NCBI GenBank assembly: GCA_041671325.1
Contig: JBAZBR010000001.1
Span: 89,771 to 153,770 of the forward strand
DNA: 64,000 bases
Origin: Patescibacteria group bacterium
GTDB taxonomy: Bacteria; Patescibacteriota; Patescibacteriia; PEXW01
Reading direction: 5' to 3'
Below are positions 58,064-64,000 of this stretch, in pieces. Each line of letters opens with the position of its first letter. Within the stretch, counting starts at the first letter, position 1. The position numbers and the translations under genes were made by a program. The notes under the pieces were generated by a model. That model did not search any database. It saw only the letters and a list, made by a program, of their open reading frames with translations, and was not told the origin of the DNA.

Positions 58064-59170
58064 ATGGCCAAAATTAACCTTCAAGGCTTGCGGCAAATTG
58101 ATTGGTTGCTGTTGTTGGCAACTTCACTTTTAGTTTTTTTCGGCTTAGTAGCCTTAGCCAGTGTTACCATTGCAAAATCTCCACCAGAATGGGAGCCTTT
58201 TTTCCGCCAATCGATTTTTTTGATACTGGGCCTGCTGCTTTCTGGCTTGGCGATTCTTGTTGATTACCGGATTTTACGCGGCTATAGCATGCATGCCTAT
58301 GTTTTTTCAATTATTCTGTTAGTTGGGGTTTTAATCTTTGGCACAACAATCCGCAATACCACCGGTTGGTTTGTGATTGCCGGCATAAGTTTTCAGCCGG
58401 TTGAGCTGGTAAAACTTCTTTGGATTGTGGCTTTTAGCGCATATTTGGCAAGATACGCCAGAGCTTTTGATCAGTGGCGGCACTTGTGGATTTCTGGCGG
58501 ATTTATGCTGGCCTTATTAATCTTAATCATGCTCCAGCCGGATTTGGGTTCGGCATTCGTCATTCTGGTCATTTACCTTGGTCTTTTATTACTGGCAAAT
58601 GTAAAGCTAAAGCAAGTTCTATTATTATTGTTAATTTTAGTAACCGCTGGAGTTTTAAGTTATTTTTTTCTTCTTCAGAATTATCAAAAAGACAGGATTA
58701 AAGTTTTATTCCAACCGGGCAGTGATCCTTTGGGTAGCGGGTATAACGTAACCCAATCAATCATCGCTATTGGTTCCGGCCAGTTTTTTGGCCGCGGTTT
58801 TGGCCAGGGCACGCAAAGCCAGTTGAATTTTTTGCCTGAACAGCAGACTGATTTTATTTTCTCGGTTTTTGCCGAAGAGTTTGGTTTTTTAGGAACCGCT
58901 TTATTGCTTTCTGCTTTTGCCTTGCTTTTGATTAGAAGCTCAATTATTGCCAGGCGATCCAGGGAAGATTTTGGCGCGTTCTTGTCGGCTGGTATTGGCA
59001 TTTGGTTTGTCGTCCAGCTTTTTATAAATGTCGGCATGAATATGGGGATATTACCGGTCACCGGCATACCCCTGCCTTTAGTCAGTGCTGGCGGCAGTTC
59101 CTTGGTTTCCAGCCTGGTTGCCATTGGCTTGATCCAAAGCGTGGTTTTAAGGACGAGATTGACAGTTTAG
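58064..59170 (+). CDS. SEDS family peptidoglycan glycosyltransferase (FtsW/RodA)
   Basis: About 10 TM helices and the conserved extracytoplasmic loop GSGQFFGRGFGQGTQSQLNFLPEQQTDFIFSVFAEEFGF. Confidence 0.85.
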   Translation: MAKINLQGLRQIDWLLLLATSLLVFFGLVALASVTIAKSPPEWEPFFRQSIFLILGLLLSGLAILVDYRILRGYSMHAYVFSIILLVGVLIFGTTIRNTTGWFVIAGISFQPVELVKLLWIVAFSAYLARYARAFDQWRHLWISGGFMLALLILIMLQPDLGSAFVILVIYLGLLLLANVKLKQVLLLLLILVTAGVLSYFFLLQNYQKDRIKVLFQPGSDPLGSGYNVTQSIIAIGSGQFFGRGFGQGTQSQLNFLPEQQTDFIFSVFAEEFGFLGTALLLSAFALLLIRSSIIARRSREDFGAFLSAGIGIWFVVQLFINVGMNMGILPVTGIPLPLVSAGGSSLVSSLVAIGLIQSVVLRTRLTV

Positions 59171-59311
59171 AAATTTAAAAATACTGAATTTACCTATAGT
59201 ACTTAGTATTGGGGCGCCTCTTTTAGCGCTTGATTAGCTTATTAAATTTCGTACAAATATGGCACTTTAATAGATAGGCCTGCGAGAAAGATCAGTTGTG
59301 GTTTTAAATTC

Positions 59312-59340
59312 TTGACGTCAGAAAAAAATAATGTTATAGT
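59312..59340 (+). promoter_or_regulatory. Promoter TTGACG-N17-TATAGT
   Basis: TTGACG at 59312. TATAGT at 59335. Confidence 0.45.
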
Positions 59341-59345
59341 TTAGC

Positions 59346-59687
59346 TTGAAAAAATATTTAAATATGAAATTTCAACCCTCAATGCAATCTGGATTTGATT
59401 TAAGAGCCGGTGTAGATTTTGCCGGCATCTGCCCGGCATGCAAAACCGCATTTGACCCCTGGTCAATCAGGTTGATTGCTCAGCAAGAGGAAAAGCATTT
59501 ATTGCATATTGTTTGCCAAAAATGCCAAATTGCTTCTTTGGCGCTGGTTTTGGTCCAAGCTGGGGGCTTGAAAGCCTTTGAATTAATTACTGATTTAAAC
59601 CAGGAAGATGCCCAAAAATTCGGCAAATTGCCAGCTATCAGCATGAATGAAGTTTTAGCTTTCCATGTAGAATTACAGAACTATTGA
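59346..59687 (+). CDS. Hypothetical protein with two CxxC pairs (zinc-ribbon-like)
   Basis: 113-aa ORF. Motifs ICPACK and VCQKCQ. Confidence 0.45.
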   Translation: MKKYLNMKFQPSMQSGFDLRAGVDFAGICPACKTAFDPWSIRLIAQQEEKHLLHIVCQKCQIASLALVLVQAGGLKAFELITDLNQEDAQKFGKLPAISMNEVLAFHVELQNY

Positions 59688-59789
59688 ACATTCCCTTGAA
59701 AGCTTGCGAAACTCTGGAATATCCTTTAGATTATTGATGCCTGCTGAACAGGCTGGAAACCCTTGTTTTATTTACTCAATTTGCATTAT

Positions 59790-60488
59790 ATGACTTTAAA
59801 ATTACAGGCAAAAATCAGAACAGCTAATAAAACTGAAAAGATAAAAATCCGTAAAAGCGGTTTAATCCCAGCGGTTTTATATGGCCACGGCATCAAGAAC
59901 CAAAACTTGTCAGTAGAAAAAAAGGTTTTTGAGAAAATTTATCGCGAGGCGGGAGAATCCACGATTATTGAGACAGAAATTGAAGGCCAACACCCAGTAA
60001 AAGCCTTAATTCAAGATGTAACCCGTCACCCGACAACCGGCGATATCTTGCATGTGGATTTTTATCAAATCAGAATGGATGAAAAAATTACCCACGATAT
60101 CCCGTTGAGTTTTGTTGGTGAATCCAAGGCTGTTAAAGAGCTGGGAGGCATTTTGGTAAAAAATCTCTCTACACTTTCAATTCGCTGCTTGCCTGCTGAT
60201 TTGCCATCCGAATTAACAGTAGACATTTCAATTCTATTGGATTTTGAATCACGTATAACAGTGGCCGAGTTAATTGCACCTAAGGGCGTAGAAATTTTAG
60301 CCAAACCCGAAGAGGTCTTAGCCGTGGTTGAACCGCCAAGGAGCGAAGAAGAACTTAAGGCTTTGGATGAAAAAGTTGAAGAAAAGATAGAAGAAGTGGA
60401 AAAAGTAGAGAAGGAAAAGAAAGAGGAAGAACCTGAAGTCGAGGGAACAGAAAAACCAAAGGCTGAAACCAAACCCGAAAAGAAATAA
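59790..60488 (+). CDS. rplY: 50S ribosomal protein L25 / general stress protein Ctc with Lys/Glu-rich C-terminal tail
   Basis: N-terminus MTLKLQAKIRT...GLIPAVLYG. The HVDFYQI motif. The track TTG start at 59763 is less likely. Confidence 0.75.
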   Translation: MTLKLQAKIRTANKTEKIKIRKSGLIPAVLYGHGIKNQNLSVEKKVFEKIYREAGESTIIETEIEGQHPVKALIQDVTRHPTTGDILHVDFYQIRMDEKITHDIPLSFVGESKAVKELGGILVKNLSTLSIRCLPADLPSELTVDISILLDFESRITVAELIAPKGVEILAKPEEVLAVVEPPRSEEELKALDEKVEEKIEEVEKVEKEKKEEEPEVEGTEKPKAETKPEKK

Positions 60489-60498
60489 AATAAAGGAT

Positions 60499-61578
60499 AT
60501 GGGCATAAAATTAACTGATAGTCCAAAAGATTACACTTTTGGTAAAAGGAAAAACCGGTGGCCTTGGATAATTGCCGGGGGTTCAATTGCTTTAATTTTG
60601 ATCGGAGTAGGCGCATATTTAGTCTACGGAAAAACTATTGATTCAAGCGACGCAGGAAAAAATAAAAGAATAACTGAAATAATGCCAAGGGTTTTGGATG
60701 GGGTATTGCTTGAAGGCGAGAAGGCCAACCTTTTTCCGCTTTGTATTATGATTGATAACCATTCCAGCGTTCGGCCGCAATCCGGGTTAAGCAAGGCTGG
60801 GGTGGTTTATGAAGTTCTGGCTGAAGGAGGGATAACCAGGTTTATGGCAGTCTTTGCCGTGAATGGTGATGTTGAATTTGGGCCTATCAGGTCGGCTCGG
60901 CCGTATTTTGTTGATTTAGCCCGGGAATATAACTGCCTTTTCCTCCATGCCGGGGCTTCGCCTCAGGGGGATGAGGAAATAATAAATACCAATATTTTAG
61001 ATTTTAACCAGCGTTATCATCCTACAAGTTTTTATCGCATTCCTGGCTCGCCTTATGATCATGTGCTTTATGAGCACACGCTTTTTTCCAATCTTGGGAA
61101 GATTGAAATCAGCCGCGTTGCCATGAAAATTAAAGATCGGGGGACATATGAAGGCTGGCCGTTTAAAGAAGACGCACCCGTGGCTAACCCAAGCTTAAAA
61201 AATATAGTTGTTGATTTTTCAACTTCAGCCTATAAGGTGGAATATATATACAAGAAAGATTCAAATGCATATTTAAGGAAACAAGCCGGTACCATTGCTG
61301 AAGACAAGCAGGATAACTCTGAAATTACCCCAAAGAATGTGGCATTGATGTTCACCAGTTCAACACTCTATGACGAGCTCAGGAGGAATATCAGTGTGGT
61401 TGGCCAGGGTAAGTTGGTTTTATTCCAAGATGGCCAGAGTATTATTGGTACATGGCGGAAATCAAGCCCTGAAAGCCGATTGGAATTCCTGGATTCGACC
61501 GGGGCCAAGCTGGCATTAAACCGGGGCCAAACCTGGGTTGAAGTGATAGATATACCCGAAAAAAATATTACCTATTAA
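60499..61578 (+). CDS. DUF3048 (YerB-like) family protein, paralog 1
   Basis: N-terminal TM, then PLCIMIDNHSSVRPQSGLSKAGVVYEVLAEGGITRFMAVF, which is characteristic of DUF3048. Confidence 0.6.
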   Translation: MGIKLTDSPKDYTFGKRKNRWPWIIAGGSIALILIGVGAYLVYGKTIDSSDAGKNKRITEIMPRVLDGVLLEGEKANLFPLCIMIDNHSSVRPQSGLSKAGVVYEVLAEGGITRFMAVFAVNGDVEFGPIRSARPYFVDLAREYNCLFLHAGASPQGDEEIINTNILDFNQRYHPTSFYRIPGSPYDHVLYEHTLFSNLGKIEISRVAMKIKDRGTYEGWPFKEDAPVANPSLKNIVVDFSTSAYKVEYIYKKDSNAYLRKQAGTIAEDKQDNSEITPKNVALMFTSSTLYDELRRNISVVGQGKLVLFQDGQSIIGTWRKSSPESRLEFLDSTGAKLALNRGQTWVEVIDIPEKNITY

Positions 61579-61598
61579 TTATTAATTTATTAAAACCC

Positions 61599-62816
61599 AT
61601 GCCGCCAAAACCAACAGTGCAAAAAAATAATCAAAATAATCAAAGTAAAAAGCCCGATGATACGGAAAAAATTGAAGACCAAACCCAAGACGACTTGAAA
61701 ATTTTAGAGGAACAGAAATCCCCAGAAAAGAAAAAGCCTAATTCAAAAAATCCACCGGTGAAAAAATCGACTCGTTGGTTATTTTTGGTATTAGGCGCAG
61801 TTGCCATAGCCATTATTGTTACGGGCATTGGTTATATGATTTGGGCGCCAAAAACCGAACAGGCTGCAGACACAGAGACAAATACAAACCAACCTGTAAT
61901 AGAAAATCCAGACTTGCCAGATTTGATGGGTGGCGATCGTTTTGATAGAGGGCATTATTATCCCGTTGCCATTATGATAGACAATCTCGCGCCGGCCCGT
62001 CCGCAATCCGGTTTGCAAGCCGCTTCCGTGGTTTATGAAGCTTTGGTTGAAGGCGGTATCACCAGGTTTATGGCTGTTTTTGACCATGGCGATATCAGCC
62101 AGATTGGGCCTGTCAGATCTGCCCGGCCGTACTTTTTGTCATGGTTAGCCGAATACGATGCAGCCTATGCCCATGCCGGCGGTTCGCCAGAGGCTTTAGG
62201 CAACATCAATAAAAATCGTGTCCATGATATTAATGCTTTAAGCAAAGCTTCCAGGGCTTTTTACCGCGACAAAACCCGGCCAGCTCCACATAACCTGTAC
62301 ACAACTTCAAATTCAATGTATACAACGACCCAAGCCATGAAACTGAAAATTTCTGATGTTGATTTGGTTTCTTGGCAATTTGCCACTAGTCTGGATGCTT
62401 TGCCAACCGCCGCAGTTGATATTAAAAAAGTAACTTTGAATTTTTCAGGCAGTTCAAAAAGTTCTGAAGTCTCTTATACATACGACGCGGTAAACCAAAA
62501 CTTTTTGCGCAATTCAGCCGGCAAAAGCCATGAGGATCGTTTAACAAAAGCTCAAATTAAAGTGAAAAACTTAATAATCCAGACAATTTCAAATAAAATT
62601 ATTGCTGGCGAGAAAGGCCGGTTAACCATGACAGTGACCGGTACTGGTAAGGCTAAAATTTTCCAAAACGGAAAAGTTTTTGATGCCACCTGGACAAAAA
62701 CCGATGAAAATTCAAGGACAATATTTACCTTAGCCGATGGAAGCCAAGTTAAGTTTCAGGTTGGTAATACCTGGATAGAAGTTTTGCCTGAAGGCCGGAC
62801 TGTGGTTATTGAATGA
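61599..62816 (+). CDS. DUF3048 (YerB-like) family protein, paralog 2
   Basis: PVAIMIDNLAPARPQSGLQAASVVYEALVEGGITRFMAVF. Tandem with paralog 1. Confidence 0.6.
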   Translation: MPPKPTVQKNNQNNQSKKPDDTEKIEDQTQDDLKILEEQKSPEKKKPNSKNPPVKKSTRWLFLVLGAVAIAIIVTGIGYMIWAPKTEQAADTETNTNQPVIENPDLPDLMGGDRFDRGHYYPVAIMIDNLAPARPQSGLQAASVVYEALVEGGITRFMAVFDHGDISQIGPVRSARPYFLSWLAEYDAAYAHAGGSPEALGNINKNRVHDINALSKASRAFYRDKTRPAPHNLYTTSNSMYTTTQAMKLKISDVDLVSWQFATSLDALPTAAVDIKKVTLNFSGSSKSSEVSYTYDAVNQNFLRNSAGKSHEDRLTKAQIKVKNLIIQTISNKIIAGEKGRLTMTVTGTGKAKIFQNGKVFDATWTKTDENSRTIFTLADGSQVKFQVGNTWIEVLPEGRTVVIE

Positions 62817-63637
62817 CCAAAAAACCTAAAGTCAAATTATTGCTGATAGATCTGGACGATACGCTTATCGGTCCAGATCTTCAGGTTTCCCTAAAAAACC
62901 GGCAAGCCATAAAAAAAGCCATTCGTGCTGGCATTAAAGTAACTTTAGCAACTGGTCGGACGCTTACCACTACCCTGCCTTTTGCTCTGAAGCTAGGCCT
63001 GACCCACACCTTGGTTTGTTTTCAAGGCGCTTTGTTGACGGGCAAGAGCAAGCGATTATCTTCACGTACCATGCCGCCCCAGCATTATCTAGATATCATT
63101 AGATTTGGCTTGCAATACAAAGTCCAAATTTGTGTATACGCATTGGACCACGATACGGTCTTTTTCCAAAGGCCTTTAAACCGGTATGGCAAGGAATATT
63201 TGGATAAAATTGAACAAGTAAGGCAGATCAGCTTGGTGAACTTATTAAATTATCCTTTTACCCACCCCCCGATCAAGATAATGTTAATTGCCCATCCGGA
63301 AACCATCATAAAATTGGAGAAAGAGGCTCGTAAGAAATTTGATAATACACTTTACATAACCCGTACCCGAAATACCTTGTTGGAATTTTTGCACCCCCAA
63401 GTGAATAAAGGTTACGCGCTGAAAAAATTAGTTGAACATTATAATTTGGACATTTCTCAAACTGCAGCCATTGGCGACGGTTACAATGACATTCCCATGC
63501 TAAAAACTGCTGGCGTTTCTTTTGCCGTAAAGAACGCTCCAGCCAAGGTAGAAAGATCTGCCGATTATGTCGTCTCATCTTGGGACCAAGACGGTGTAGC
63601 CGAAGCGATTGAGCGGATCTTAAAAAACCAATATTAA
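62813..63637 (+). CDS. HAD-IIB (Cof-type) phosphatase
   Basis: HAD motif I LLIDLDDTL. Cof-type cap. C-terminal GDGYNDIPML. Confidence 0.7.
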   Translation: MTKKPKVKLLLIDLDDTLIGPDLQVSLKNRQAIKKAIRAGIKVTLATGRTLTTTLPFALKLGLTHTLVCFQGALLTGKSKRLSSRTMPPQHYLDIIRFGLQYKVQICVYALDHDTVFFQRPLNRYGKEYLDKIEQVRQISLVNLLNYPFTHPPIKIMLIAHPETIIKLEKEARKKFDNTLYITRTRNTLLEFLHPQVNKGYALKKLVEHYNLDISQTAAIGDGYNDIPMLKTAGVSFAVKNAPAKVERSADYVVSSWDQDGVAEAIERILKNQY

Positions 63638-63665
63638 TCCTTGAATTCGTGTTAAAATATGCCCA

Positions 63666-64000
63666 TATGCACAAGGCTTTTTCCTTAACCAACGGGGTTA
63701 GGGTTCTGACCTCGCCCTTAAAAGAAACCCAGGCAGTCACTGTCATGGTTTTTGTTAAAGTAGGTTCCCGCTATGAGACCCAGGAATTAAATGGCGCTTC
63801 GCATTTTTTGGAACACATGATGTTCAAAGGTACTCAGCGCCGGCCAAATACCCTGATGATTTCCAAAGAATTGGATGGGATCGGTGCGGAATATAATGCC
63901 TTCACTTCCAAAGACCATACTGGTTATTATATTAAAACCAATCATCAACATATTGACCTGGCTTTGGACATGCTTTCAGATATGTTAGTTAATTCTAAAT
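63666..64000 (+). CDS. M16 family (pitrilysin/insulinase-like) zinc peptidase, 5' partial in window
   Basis: Inverted zinc motif HFLEHMMFKGT. The ORF runs to the window end. Confidence 0.7.

Overview
This is a low-GC, gene-dense bacterial window, mostly housekeeping operons. The architecture suggests, by inference only, a reduced-genome Gram-positive-like or CPR/Patescibacteria-type organism: many standalone small membrane proteins, tandem DUF3048 lipoproteins, a multi-dockerin secreted protease, GGAGG ribosome-binding sites, and TTGACA-N17-TATTTT promoters.

Recognisable genes, in order:
- tatD and rmuC
- two ABC transporter systems flanking a tandem pair of beta-carbonic-anhydrase-like genes
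- a PD-(D/E)XK nuclease and an MFS transporter
- a metallophosphoesterase
- a 1032-aa UvrD-type helicase fused to a Cas4/RecB-like Fe-S nuclease
- an M23 peptidase and an MsbA-like ABC exporter
- pheS and pheT, then gyrB
- secE, nusG, rplK, an inserted duplicated membrane protein, rplA
- a dTMP-synthesis cluster: dCMP deaminase, T4-gp1-like dNMP kinase, dut, pyrF, pyrE, a fused tandem thyX, tmk
- gatB and miaA (convergent)
- a 1073-aa secreted protein with nine tandem dockerin-like modules and a C-terminal S8 subtilase
- a standalone C39-like peptidase
- thrS with a T-box leader, then dnaE
- an FtsW/RodA homolog, L25/Ctc, two DUF3048 paralogs, a Cof-type HAD phosphatase, and a partial M16 peptidase

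No rRNA, tRNA or CRISPR array was recognised.

The regions most worth a second look:
- 12.7-13.45 kb: three tandem promoter / 11-12-codon sORF or structured-RNA / terminator units.
- 46.9-47.9 kb: two copies of a 115-bp long-loop palindromic element bracketing a GC-rich structured transcript that carries an SD-led 52-codon ORF.
- 50.65-51.68 kb: an accessory islet with a Cys-rich 177-aa protein and two tandem 15/16-codon FLLDP sORFs.
- 42.5-45.8 kb: the multi-dockerin S8 protease.
- 36.8-38.4 kb: the pseudo-dimeric ThyX.
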